Source: an uncultured archaeon
GTDB taxonomy: Archaea > Thermoproteota > Nitrososphaeria > Nitrososphaerales > Gagatemarchaeaceae
NCBI GenBank assembly: GCA_963817525.1
Contig: CAWFOU010000001.1
Span: 448,001-512,000 of the forward strand
Direction: 5' to 3'
DNA: 64,000 nt
Part shown: positions 49,701 through 58,952 of the stretch, in pieces
Numbering within the stretch: position 1 is the first letter of the stretch
Layout: every line of letters begins with the position of its first letter
Position numbers and translations under genes: made by a program
The notes under the pieces: model-generated
What the model saw: the letters and a program-made list of their open reading frames with translations, nothing else
Database searches by the model: none
Told to the model about the DNA's origin: nothing

Positions 49701-52173
49701 AGCCGTCTATGGCCAAGGTGCCCGTGCCCCCTATCTGGACGGAGTTGGACGCCCCAAGGGTGAAAGTGTCTCCTAGCGTGTCGGTGGGCGTGGAGGGCGC
49801 GGTCGCTCCAAACCATCCAAGTCCAAAGACGAGCATGTTCCCCGCCGTGACGGAGGAAGAGTATGCCAGCCCGCACGAGGCCGAGTTGCAGTTCGAGGCG
49901 TATCTGTGCTGGACCAGCGCGGGCGTGGAGGCGCCACCCGCGACTGACGACGAAGCTCCTAGATTGAAGGTGTCCCCGAGCGTGTCGCTGAGGGTAGGTG
50001 CGGCGTTGCCCGCGGGGCTGCCGAAGGCGACCGAAGGCATGACGTCGCTAGGAGGATAGTACCTCGCCCGCATGAAGTTGTACTCTATGTCGACGGCCGA
50101 GCTTCCGCCGATCGAGCCCATGTAGACGTTGGTCGCTCCGCTGATCGGATTTGTGAGGGTGTCAGTGCCTGAATACCCTGTCCCGGCGCTTTGACCCGGC
50201 GTCCCATAGAGCGTTGGAGTGATCTGCGCGTAGAACGAGGTCTCGCTTGAGCCCGTGTATGTCAGGCTGCCGTATAGCCAGGTCCCCGTGGCTGGCGATG
50301 CCCCGGCGCCGTTCGTGGGCTCGGTCATCGCACTGGACGTGTCACTGGCTTGGTAGAAGTAGTCGCTCCCGAACCCCTCACCGTAGGCGATTCCGTTGGT
50401 GATGCTGTTTGCAGATGCCGAGTTCACCAGCCCGCCGACGCCAGTGCCGTCGTTCGTGTCAGCGGCGAGGGCGTAGCTCGACTCCACTATCAGGCCCGTG
50501 TTGCTGAGGGCGGTATTGAACGAGAAGAAGGGGTCGTGAGCCGCTGGGTTGTTGGTTATCGCGATAACGTTGATCGTCCCGCCCGTGGGGCCTGTAACGC
50601 CTGTCACCTGTGCCAGTGTGAGGCCCGTATACAGAGTAAAGTCACCGGTCGCAGTGTCGCCGTTGAAGTAAGCGGCGAAGACGTTCGCCCCGTTGTCGTA
50701 TTGTGCATACGTAGAGGATAGCTGAGGCGCCTCGCCCCAGTAGTTGCCGTCGAACTGAGTGGACGTGGACTTGAAGACCATGTAAATCGTGAGCGTGCCT
50801 CCGTTTGCAGCTATCGCCGATGTGAGCTTGACCCATGCCGTGGCGGACGTCGACGCAGATCCGGCGGAGCTGCAGGTGCTAGAGCACGACTCGAGCCAAG
50901 CGTCCAACGGAGTGTTGCAGACTGTGTCCGCGCAGAAGCGGACGTTCCCGAGATTCGTCGCCTCATACGCAGAGTAGGTCGCGGGGTCCCACGTGACCAT
51001 CTGCTGGAAGGCGTTCGGGGTGGCGGACGCCTGGTTGTTCGTGATGGTGATGGGGATGTATTCGTAGAGCGTGCTCGAGTACCACCCGAGTCCGTCCACC
51101 AATGTGTTTGCCGCAGTGACAGACGAGGTGTATGCCAACGCGCACGTTGCCGAGTTGCAGTTTGAGAGGTACTTTTGCTGGACTATCGAGGGGTTTGCGG
51201 CACCCACCGTGACGGAATTTGAGGCGCCGAGCGTGAACGAGTCGCCGCGTGTGTCGGTGGGCGCCGAGGGCGCAGCCTGGTTAGCCCACCCCACCGCGTA
51301 GACGAGCTCGTGCCCCGCGGTTACAGACGAGGTGAAGGCCAGCCCGCATGTCGCCGCGTTGCAGTTAGAGGTGTACTTGTCCTGGACCAGTGCGGGCGAG
51401 GCGGAGATCGCCACGGAAGAGGAAGCGCCGAGGCTGAAGAGGTCGCCACGCGTGTCTGTCGGCACGCCCGCGGGCGGGGCGTTGTTGGCCCACCCTTCAG
51501 CATCGACCAGGATGTTCCCCGCCGTGACCGAGGAGGAGTATGCGAGGGCGCAGTTCGCAGAGTTGCAGTTGGCGACGTAGTTCTTCTGCACCAGGGAGGA
51601 TGCCTCGGGGACCAGCTGGATCCACCTCAGGTTGTCTAGGTTCACCGTCACCGACTGGCTGGACCCGGACTGGGACGCTGGCTCCGGGTAGCTCGCGGCA
51701 TAGTTGTTGCCGCGCGCCGTGAGCACCTTCACCGTGTCGGTCGTGCCCGCGACATAGACGTATCCGGTGTCGAAGGTGCCAGACCCGTCACCCGCGTTCA
51801 CTACCGCCCATAGCGAGGGCGTCGAGTTGCCGCAGCCCGCCCCGGCCGGGAAGCCGATCCCGTCGCACTTTAGCAGGGCGCCCGTCGATGAGATGACGAG
51901 GACCGCCGTCATGTTGACCGTCACCGAAGACGTGTTGTTGACGTAGAAGCCCACGTCCCCGTCCGATTCTAGGGTCGTGGTGACCGAGAGGCTCTCCTGG
52001 AGGGTACCCTGGACCTTGTTGGTCGCTTTGAGGAGGCTCGAGACGTAGCTCGCGTTCTCAGAGCCGATGAAGATGAAGTAGGAAGTCCCGACGGTGAAGA
52101 GGATGGCGAACATGATTACCGTGGCAACGATGCCTGCGATGGCCCTCCTGGAGGTGCGCCTCTCGAACTTCAA
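46720..52173 (-). CDS. Giant pilin-like adhesin paralog A (1817 aa) with DUF2341-like domain and nested repeats
   Basis: Class III signal RRA|IAGIVATV; YIPITITN..NVRF..WLES..WVKL..TIYM; no C-terminal TM segment. Confidence 0.88.
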   Translation of the reverse strand: MKFERRTSRRAIAGIVATVIMFAILFTVGTSYFIFIGSENASYVSSLLKATNKVQGTLQESLSVTTTLESDGDVGFYVNNTSSVTVNMTAVLVISSTGALLKCDGIGFPAGAGCGNSTPSLWAVVNAGDGSGTFDTGYVYVAGTTDTVKVLTARGNNYAASYPEPASQSGSSQSVTVNLDNLRWIQLVPEASSLVQKNYVANCNSANCALAYSSSVTAGNILVDAEGWANNAPPAGVPTDTRGDLFSLGASSSVAISASPALVQDKYTSNCNAATCGLAFTSSVTAGHELVYAVGWANQAAPSAPTDTRGDSFTLGASNSVTVGAANPSIVQQKYLSNCNSATCALAYTSSVTAANTLVDGLGWYSSTLYEYIPITITNNQASATPNAFQQMVTWDPATYSAYEATNLGNVRFCADTVCNTPLDAWLESCSSTCSSAGSASTSATAWVKLTSAIAANGGTLTIYMVFKSTSTQFDGNYWGEAPQLSSTYAQYDNGANVFAAYFNGDTATGDFTLYTGLTLAQVTGVTGPTGGTINVIAITNNPAAHDPFFSFNTALSNTGLIVESSYALAADTNDGTGVGGLVNSASANSITNGIAYGEGFGSDYFYQASDTSSAMTEPTNGAGASPATGTWLYGSLTYTGSSETSFYAQITPTLYGTPGQSAGTGYSGTDTLTNPISGATNVYMGSIGGSSAVDIEYNFMRARYYPPSDVMPSVAFGSPAGNAAPTLSDTLGDTFNLGASSSVAGGASTPALVQHRYASNCNSASCGLAYSSSVTAGNMLVFGLGWFGATAPSTPTDTLGDTFTLGASNSVQIGGTGTLAIDGSNSAESGSAASIATTLTTSHANDIIIAYISPVTQEPTSPPTVSSMSGGGLTWHSRETGAVEEGAQYYQNVDEWYAVASSTLSSATITATLSGTANEEVWMTVFGISGANTASPFDPNGSVPATDAATSNPSTTMSTSNANDILIYACSAYAGGNPNGWTSVESNGGYTIDEYVAYNTVTSTQSNLATSCGGSNTYGAEVTDAVTAATTYYSYIWYAAAASSGADTITASFGSTVTASVSIYEISGVAPALTSFGSSSTAGATSSVSSITPSSSSVVIGDTETASTTFTAGSGYTLAGTCSSVYGCGEYETGVGSATTVSMSMSPSATWVESAMTFEPSTTTYYSYIYYATAGSSGADTITAAYSVPVQGTVSIYEVNGATTSATLSSTGSSSAGSTSASVGSFTPNSNSFVVGNVEAGSATTTFTVGSGYTLSGTCSSVQGCGEYEAGLGSATTTPFTLSASTPWVDVALSFSPLPASTYYSYIYYATAGSSGADTISASFGSTVAGSVSIYEISGVTATGLLTSTGGSSSAQASTSVSSVTPNLAGSVVIGNSETPSTTYTAGTGYTLSGTCSSVTGCGEYQTGVGTATTVPMSISPSEPWVEAAVVFSPIVTNYYSYIWYATAATSGADTITTAFGSTVAGSVSIYEINGYTTSGALSSTGSSSTGSTTAAVTSYTPATDSFIVGNAEAVSATTHYTASTGFTIAGTCTSVEGCSEYDSSNTDGGAANTVPITLSVSSPWVEASMSFSTPFNPQSGIQVGGYPTMGVPSGADIVWEVTFTNVDPLHRAITIWPQTEMAIGSAEFDGFDIDYTQAHYYLISGLNSGSTTVNAYSTSAFITLAYNVPTTLYFASTAALGSTTQAFGTNVLTPFEAYFALSGIMSDGTLFGETIPYPYGIITDANAYTTPTVGSTSATVTVSCTSPCDFTDNAKGEVGWINSAGQMTALTTFTMTASGNIPSGVTFSVPTATAGYYTIVVTDYTNSVFMTFQHT

Positions 52174-52181
52174 GGCTCAGC

Positions 52182-52793
52182 TCACCTCTGCTGCGAGAAC
52201 GTCACGGTGTTGCTGTATAGGCCTGTCACCACGACCGTGTAGGTCGTGCCCGAGCCCGCGACCCCGAAAGTCTGCCCGTACGAGGGGCAGTTGCTGGTGG
52301 TCGGGGGGATTGTAAGCGTGTAGGACTGCTGGTTGGTCGTCTTGACGTTGGTCATCGTCACAGAAGGCGACTCGTATCCCGAAGCAGCGGTCTTGCACTG
52401 CGAGGTGAGCGTGCTCCTGAGGTCGTAGACGTAGTCCGCTTTGCTCGCGCCGGTCCCGCTAGAGGTGTAGAGCAGGTTGATGAGACCGAGCGAATCGTAG
52501 AGCCTGACTGAGTAGAGCTGCTCTGTGAGGCTGCCCGTGTTATAGATCCAGAAGGTGATGGAATTGGTCGAGGTGGTAGCCCCGAAGTACATGGTGGTGA
52601 CCGTGAAGTGCTCACTCAGCATGTCGTTGGTGGCCACCGCGTTGCTGTTCAGGGCGCCCTCGCTGGCTCCCGCCTGGCTCTGCACAAATCCCCAGGCGGC
52701 GGCGCCCGCGACCAGGGTCATCGCGATGGCCAGCATGGCGCCGACTACTTCCGACGCAGCAACGCGCCCGCTGCGGCCACGAGAAAACTTCAA
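52182..52793 (-). CDS. Archaeal type IV pilin
   Basis: Basic leader followed by ASEVVGAMLAIAMTLVAG hydrophobic helix; I.N.G and YTVVVTG.Y.N. Confidence 0.85.
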   Translation of the reverse strand: MKFSRGRSGRVAASEVVGAMLAIAMTLVAGAAAWGFVQSQAGASEGALNSNAVATNDMLSEHFTVTTMYFGATTSTNSITFWIYNTGSLTEQLYSVRLYDSLGLINLLYTSSGTGASKADYVYDLRSTLTSQCKTAASGYESPSVTMTNVKTTNQQSYTLTIPPTTSNCPSYGQTFGVAGSGTTYTVVVTGLYSNTVTFSQQR

Positions 52794-53022
52794 AGTCTGA
52801 GCTTTTTTGCGCGCTCTAGCTATATTATCGGTTATGGACTTGCAATCTGTATCACCACTATTGGGCGATTTGGGCCGAAAAAAGCCTATTTCTTCTGGAG
52901 AAGCTCCAAAGAGGTTGTCCGGGGATTCAGCCGCGCCCTACTGCCAGGAGTTAGTCGTTGCACGAACAAATTCATAAACTATATATGGATACTCTAACAA
53001 TGTTCTGGCTACACGAACCAGA

Positions 53023-53361
53023 ATGACATACCTGCAAAAACCGGCGGGCATGGCAGACGCGGCACACACGTCGGCACGGAGAAGCGTGAGCAGGCGCTCA
53101 CAACTGGAGATCCGAATGGACATCCTGAGGGCGATAATGGAAGGCGCCGAAGGACCAACGCAGATTATGTACAAGGCGAATCTATCCTGGATCCTCCTAT
53201 GCGACCATCTTAGCGCCCTCGGCGAGCAAGGGTTCGTCGGCGAAAAGACCGTTGGCAACCGTAAGAAGTACTCCTTGACGGGCAAGGGCATCGAGATTGT
53301 CGGTTCCTATCTCAACCTCATCAGGGAAATCATCTTCGACACGGCAGTAGCCCCGATGTGA
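53023..53361 (+). CDS. Winged-helix regulator (HTH_45-like), divergent from the pilin operon
   Basis: RRSQLEI..DIL, PTQIMYKANLSW and YSLT.KG. Confidence 0.85.
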   Translation: MTYLQKPAGMADAAHTSARRSVSRRSQLEIRMDILRAIMEGAEGPTQIMYKANLSWILLCDHLSALGEQGFVGEKTVGNRKKYSLTGKGIEIVGSYLNLIREIIFDTAVAPM

Positions 53362-53436
53362 CGTCCAAGAGCCTCCCTCCATAATTCTGTTATTAAACGA
53401 CCGGGTCTCGTGGTTGCTTAAAGTTTAATACGCCAA

Positions 53437-53703
53437 ATGAGGCATTCTACGCCCGGCTACGTCATGGACGATGACGAGAGAGTCAGCGGCTCCTACGTGA
53501 CTTGTAAGATTTGCCAGAAGGATTTCAGGGACCGCAGCGACCTCATCGAGCACCTTCGCACAGAGCACGAGCTGCTGGAGCTCGCCTCCTACACGGCCGC
53601 GACGATGGCAGCCGAAGAGGAACGAGACAGGATGGCCGGAGAGTTCAAGCGCAGGTTCGAGCTGTTGAGGCGCGAGCTGGCGGGGCACGAGGCCGAAAGA
53701 TGA
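53437..53703 (+). CDS. C2H2 zinc-finger protein with coiled-coil tail
   Basis: CKICQKDF.....L.EHLRTEH. Confidence 0.75.
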   Translation: MRHSTPGYVMDDDERVSGSYVTCKICQKDFRDRSDLIEHLRTEHELLELASYTAATMAAEEERDRMAGEFKRRFELLRRELAGHEAER

Positions 53704-53765
53704 GCGGCGCGGGCTAGGATCGTCTACGACTTAATAAGGGCTGTAATCGCGAGGGCCCGTTCTCA

Positions 53766-53996
53766 ATGGCCGACGAGCCGATAATTGACATGACCAAAGT
53801 CTCGGACAAAGGTCAGGTGGTGATCCCCAAGGAAATCAGGGACAAGTTAAAGTTCAGCGAGGGGTCGAAGCTGCTGGTTATCGCGACGGAGGACGCAGTC
53901 ATCCTCCAGAGGATAGAAAGCGTCGCAGGGAAGATGCGCGTCAAGGACATTATGGAGAGGGTGCGCTCGATAGCTAGCAAGATCAGCCTGGGGTGA
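53766..53996 (+). CDS. AbrB/MazE/SpoVT-family DNA-binding protein
   Basis: KVSDKGQVVIPKEIR.KL....G. Confidence 0.9.
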   Translation: MADEPIIDMTKVSDKGQVVIPKEIRDKLKFSEGSKLLVIATEDAVILQRIESVAGKMRVKDIMERVRSIASKISLG

Positions 53997-54028
53997 ACAA
54001 GCCAGGCCGCATACGCGGGGAGGCCGCG

Positions 54029-54262
54029 CTACGGCGAAATGTCCTGCTTGAGGCCGTGGGCCGTCGTCAGGTGCCCCCGGAAAGTGTCAGTGTCCCTCGC
54101 GGTCATGCCCTTCAGGGCAGGGTACACGCTAAGCACAAACCAGCAGAACGAGCAGGTCGTGACCGAAGGCGCCTTGGGCTCGACCCTGGAGTAGGCCCTT
54201 CGTTCGCCCTTGTCCGCGGAGGCAGTGCTGTTCATTGGTGAGTTCTGAATCAGCTCATGCAT
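54029..54262 (-). CDS. Small CxxC..H-x4-H zinc-finger protein (family member 3)
   Basis: CSFCWFVL..YP.L.GMT.RDT.TF..HL...HGLK.DISP. Confidence 0.7.
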   Translation of the reverse strand: MHELIQNSPMNSTASADKGERRAYSRVEPKAPSVTTCSFCWFVLSVYPALKGMTARDTDTFRGHLTTAHGLKQDISP

Positions 54263-54496
54263 ATTTCTGATTTCTAGCCGAAGGAGTCAGGGTGAGGTGT
54301 CCGCTTTCTGGATTCCGCGGGAAGCTGCTGAATTCATCCCTGCCCCTCGGGAGACCAAGTCGGTGTGGAGGCAAGGAGCGTTGGAGGGTGTGAAGCGAGG
54401 AGATAGGGCTCCGACCTACCCTCCGAGCGAGGTGAGATGAGGGGTCAACGATATGATCGCATTTCCTCATCAAAAGTGTCTGTGCACGCGAGACGC

Positions 54497-57130
54497 CTAC
54501 TCGAACGACGTGTCGAATTCCTGGTCGCCGTCGGCTTTGCCGCCTTTCCTCTTCTTGACCAGGAAGACTGCGGCCACGGCTCCACCGGCTCCTCCGACCG
54601 GGACGAGGAGGAGCGGGAACGTGGTCAGTTCTTGGGTTAGACCCTCGTTTGCCACCTTGTCCGCCTTGGCCGATGGCGGAGGGGCGCTTACCTGGACCGT
54701 GAAGTTAAGGGTCCGCGTGAGGAGCCCTCCAGGCGCGATCACCGCGGTGATCAGCACCGAACCAGCATGAGTCGGATGGAAGATCGCTACGGACGAGCCC
54801 TTCGCGTCGGTCGTGTCGTTGACTGCAGGCACCCCCGTCGGTTGGACGACTGTCGTCGACCTTGTGGACTTCACGCTCGTCGCAGACGCGGTGCTCGTCG
54901 TCGTCGTGGTTGATGAATTCGCGGGCTTCGGGGTGACTATTACAAGTCCGCCGCTGGAGGCTTTCCAATCGACCGCGGCCCCTGCCAGGGGCGACCCGTC
55001 GAGAGCGACGCTCACTGAAATGACCGACGTTTCGTTCGTGAGGATGCTCGCAGGACCTCCAGTCATTGTCTCCTCGCTGGGATAGGACAGGAAAGTGACC
55101 GCAAGCGAGGCCGTTGCAAGTCCTGGGGTGGAAAGCGTTAGAGTCGTCTCGCCCGGTACTTTGGGCTCGAGAGGTAAAGATGCATAGTCCTGCCCGACCC
55201 CTATGACTGCCGTGAGGACCTTCGAAATCACCGTGCTGTTGGACGAAGTAATCGTGATGTTCATCGGGGCTCTTGCTCGCGCTGGGCTGCCTGTTGCGTC
55301 CACAAGTTGGACTGCCATAAGAGGTAGTTGACGCGAAGTGCTCGGGCTAAACATGATCGTGTTGTCGTTCGGGGCGAATGCGGAAAGAGCGGACGGGGCA
55401 GGAATGACCGTGGAAAGATCCACAGAGGAGCTCGCGTATCCGCTGGTGAACGAGGAGACCAGCGCGGTCACATTCGCGGTTCCTTGCAAGATTCCGGCGG
55501 TCACGTTTACAACGGCAAACGTCTGACCCGCAGGGATTATGGCGTCGGAAACGCTAACAATTTGGTCTTGTGACGAAGAAAGACCTACAGGAATGTCGGA
55601 CGCGGCGACGGCGGGAGAGCCGGATGCATCCTCCAGCGAGAGTTCGAGGGCCGGATGCGTAGCTCCGTCTGCGGGCAGGGGGGTTGAGATAGCGCTGACA
55701 ATGACTTGCGAAGGCACGGCACCATAGGTTGCTAGAGAGGTCTCGGCCGGCAGGACGTTCTGCCCCGATGCGGTGAGAGTGGTCGTACCGACTTGGTAGG
55801 TCGACGTGAAGGTGACCGCCGCCCAGTTTTGGCCCATTGGAATTGCAAAATTGATGCTTGTGAAATTTCCAACGCCCGCCACCGAAGAAGTGAGAGTCAC
55901 CTCGGTCGGCCCGGTGGCGTTCACGGCGGGGGTACCCGCCGGATTCTCAAGTGAGACGACAACTGAGCTATAGGGACCGTGGTCAGCGAGGATAGGATTT
56001 GGTCCCGCGAAAATGTCAAGCTGGCACGTCGTCGCTCCCCCCGATGTGCACAAGGCAGGGCTCACAAAGGCAGGCGGGGAAATCGTGACGAGAGTCGAGC
56101 TTGATTGCAATCCAGGCGAACTTGCTGTGATGGTTGCACTTCCTGCCGCTGCCGATGTGACCGTGAAGGTGGCAAACGCCGAGATGCTACCTTCGGAGAT
56201 CGTGGCGGTCTCGTTTGCATCAACCACCGCTAAGTCGGAGCTTCTGATTTGGACCTGGATGTTGCGAGTCGCCAGGGTGGGGTTCCCGCCTGAGTCCGTC
56301 AGCGCCACGACCAGGCGACCTTCGCAGGAAGTGACTTCCGATGAGCAAGCTACCATGTCACCCGGTTGTGCCTCCAGCTTGAGTGCAAGGGAGGGAGACC
56401 CCAAGACCGAAATCGCCGCCGTTCCCGAAGCGAATCCGGGCGCGGAGGCGGTGATTAGTGCCGAGCCAGGGACAAAGCCACTCGTGTAGTTTATCTCTTC
56501 CAGATATTCCCCTTGTTTCATTGTAGTAGTTGCGGCGGTGACGTTAACGACGTTCGTGTTTGAGGAGTAAAGCGATATCGGGACGTCCGCAATAGCCTTC
56601 GCCGGTAGACCGACATCGTCTTCGAGCTGAAGAATCAGGTAGCCCGTGCTCGCTGCACTGGCTGGGACAGTGTCTGGTACCGCTTTTATCACCAGCTGCG
56701 TCGGATAGCCCACGGCAATCACGGTAGTCACGGAAGTGGAAGCAGTTATCAGACCCGTTGTCGTCGCGGTTACCGTCGTCACGCCAGCGGTGTGGGTCGT
56801 CGTGAAGTTGGCTATAGCGTACGCCTGGCCTGCCGGAATCTCGACATCTCCCGTGACAATTCCCACGTTCTCTTGCGACGAAGTAAGTGAAACATTGATG
56901 TCCGTGAGGGCGACGGTGGGTTCGCCGTTCGAACCTATCACTGACACAACGACCGCGGGGTAGGTGTTGTTATCCGCCGGAAGACTCGGCGGTATAGTTG
57001 ACATCGCGAGGGCGGCCGGCACCAGAGACTTCGAGGCCGCTGCGTGAGCGGCGTTCAATGGAAGCGCGCCGGCTATCGTAAGACCGAGGAGGAGGATGCC
57101 AATTCCAAGCGCACGAGTCTTGTCACGCAA
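54497..57130 (-). CDS. Cell-surface protein with tandem Ig-like (invasin/Big-type) repeats and C-terminal TM segment
   Basis: Signal peptide; ~100-aa repeats P..LPAD..V.L.D..G.P..A..I.L.SS..G..ITA; TM segment plus KKRK. Confidence 0.8.
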   Translation of the reverse strand: MRDKTRALGIGILLLGLTIAGALPLNAAHAAASKSLVPAALAMSTIPPSLPADNNTYPAVVVSVIGSNGEPTVALTDINVSLTSSQENVGIVTGDVEIPAGQAYAIANFTTTHTAGVTTVTATTTGLITASTSVTTVIAVGYPTQLVIKAVPDTVPASAASTGYLILQLEDDVGLPAKAIADVPISLYSSNTNVVNVTAATTTMKQGEYLEEINYTSGFVPGSALITASAPGFASGTAAISVLGSPSLALKLEAQPGDMVACSSEVTSCEGRLVVALTDSGGNPTLATRNIQVQIRSSDLAVVDANETATISEGSISAFATFTVTSAAAGSATITASSPGLQSSSTLVTISPPAFVSPALCTSGGATTCQLDIFAGPNPILADHGPYSSVVVSLENPAGTPAVNATGPTEVTLTSSVAGVGNFTSINFAIPMGQNWAAVTFTSTYQVGTTTLTASGQNVLPAETSLATYGAVPSQVIVSAISTPLPADGATHPALELSLEDASGSPAVAASDIPVGLSSSQDQIVSVSDAIIPAGQTFAVVNVTAGILQGTANVTALVSSFTSGYASSSVDLSTVIPAPSALSAFAPNDNTIMFSPSTSRQLPLMAVQLVDATGSPARARAPMNITITSSNSTVISKVLTAVIGVGQDYASLPLEPKVPGETTLTLSTPGLATASLAVTFLSYPSEETMTGGPASILTNETSVISVSVALDGSPLAGAAVDWKASSGGLVIVTPKPANSSTTTTTSTASATSVKSTRSTTVVQPTGVPAVNDTTDAKGSSVAIFHPTHAGSVLITAVIAPGGLLTRTLNFTVQVSAPPPSAKADKVANEGLTQELTTFPLLLVPVGGAGGAVAAVFLVKKRKGGKADGDQEFDTSFE

Positions 57131-57221
57131 CTATTTCTGAATTCAACCGCGTACGATGATATTTAGAGCTAATAGGCGTCGTAGTCCAGATTGAGAATCT
57201 ATTCAGGTCTAGGCCGACATG

Positions 57222-58952
57222 CTAAATGCCGTGACCCAATATCGGGCCGGACAAGGCGACCATCATTGCGCCAACAATGACCAGCGCGAGCGAATGTTTG
57301 AAGCCGTCCGCCACGGTCCCGCCGCCCATCTTCCCCGCGACGAACCCGATGACCCAACCGTCGAAGATTGAAGCCGTCAGGAGCGACTGGACTGTGGCTG
57401 GCGTGATCGTGATGAGATTGGAAGCGGTCGCTGCTGTCTCGCCGGCGAACTTTATAGGAGTGGAAAGGAAGTACACCATCATAAAGGTCGTCATAACCAA
57501 CAGTATCGCTGCCATGTAAACCACGAAGACATACGACCTCAGCGCAGCCTTCTTGTCGGCCTCGATTTCGTTAACCTTCCTGGTGAAGTCGGCCATTTGA
57601 GAGAAGCTGTTCACCGTGCCGCCCCCGACGTCGACGACCTCGACCATCAGCGTGCCAATTGCCATCGTTATCCAGCTGTCGACGGACTCTGCAAACGTCT
57701 TGATGACCTTCACGATGGGTAGACCCCAAGAGATCTGCGACCCCATTGTCCTGATTGACTTGGATAGGCGGCCGTAGTTCTTCGATCCGAGCTGCTCTAT
57801 GCTCCCCTCCGGCGATAGGCCTATCTTTCGTCCCTCTGCCACGTCCCTTATGAAGTCAGGCAGCGCCTTTTCCAGGCCCGATCGTTCACGGGACTGCCTG
57901 AACGCGACGACCGAGGGGACTATCACAATCGAGGCAAGCGCAACGGATACGTGAATGCTGAGCTGCAGGGGGAGCGGGATCACGAACAAAGCCAGGCCGA
58001 CGGGCATGCAGGCCAACAGCACGTAGTATGGGCGTTTGTTGAAGTAGGGCTGCTTGGGCTGGGTCCCGTCTATTATGAAGATGAACAGGCCAGACAGGGC
58101 AGGCACGACCAAGTAGGAAAAGATGAAGAGGGTCTGCAGTCCCGAATTGTTGTGGGCAATCACACCCTCCAGCTGGAAGAGGCTGAAGAGCGTAATCCCC
58201 ATCACCGCGGTCACGGTCAGGTATGCCTCAGCCAAGGTTCCCACGGAGTCCGTGATGCGCCTGACTTTTGACGTACCCTGGTCGAGCGTCTCTTTGAGCT
58301 TGTTGTTGGTATAGTTCTTGACGTCTCCCCCTACTTTCAGGACGGTCGTGTAGCCGTAGAGAAACTCGGCGAACGACTTGTTCGGCATGTACTTTGCGGC
58401 GGTCTCGAAGGCGGTGATGGGGTCGGTTCCGAAGACGTCTATGTCGACTAGGATCCTCTTAGCTTCCTTGGCTGAGGCTGGGAAGACCTTCCCCATGCCG
58501 GATATCCTCCTCAGCGTGGAGATCGGAGAGACTCCTCCGCCGGAGAGGACGCCCAAGAAGCCGATTAGCATGGGCAGTTCGTTTTCCAAGGCCTCCGAGC
58601 GGGACCCTTGAGAGATCTTCGCTGCGTTCCAAACTATGACGAACACTATGGGCGGCGCGACAACGACCATGAACAAGAATATGATGTGTAGCATCAGGCC
58701 CAGGACTACACAAATCGCCACAGGGATGATCGAGAGGATGGTCGTGAAGAGAGCCAGCGACACGAGCCCTTCCGGGGTGATTCGCAGGTTGGACTTCAAT
58801 ATCTCGTCCCTCATCTGCGGGGATGAGGCTGCGATTTTCTTCCCCTGCTTTCCGAACATCTTGTAGGCGGTCGACGCCATCTTGTCAAAGAAGGTGAGCT
58901 TCGAGCCCTCTTTGGAGGGACGCGCCGTCTGGATGGTGGCGACTTGGCTCAA
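57222..58952 (-). CDS. Type II/IV secretion membrane platform protein (TadC/FlaJ-like, two T2SSF domains)
   Basis: LE.ELP, D..VFG.DP..A and LPDFIRDVAE....G; multi-TM. Confidence 0.9.
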   Translation of the reverse strand: MSQVATIQTARPSKEGSKLTFFDKMASTAYKMFGKQGKKIAASSPQMRDEILKSNLRITPEGLVSLALFTTILSIIPVAICVVLGLMLHIIFLFMVVVAPPIVFVIVWNAAKISQGSRSEALENELPMLIGFLGVLSGGGVSPISTLRRISGMGKVFPASAKEAKRILVDIDVFGTDPITAFETAAKYMPNKSFAEFLYGYTTVLKVGGDVKNYTNNKLKETLDQGTSKVRRITDSVGTLAEAYLTVTAVMGITLFSLFQLEGVIAHNNSGLQTLFIFSYLVVPALSGLFIFIIDGTQPKQPYFNKRPYYVLLACMPVGLALFVIPLPLQLSIHVSVALASIVIVPSVVAFRQSRERSGLEKALPDFIRDVAEGRKIGLSPEGSIEQLGSKNYGRLSKSIRTMGSQISWGLPIVKVIKTFAESVDSWITMAIGTLMVEVVDVGGGTVNSFSQMADFTRKVNEIEADKKAALRSYVFVVYMAAILLVMTTFMMVYFLSTPIKFAGETAATASNLITITPATVQSLLTASIFDGWVIGFVAGKMGGGTVADGFKHSLALVIVGAMMVALSGPILGHGI

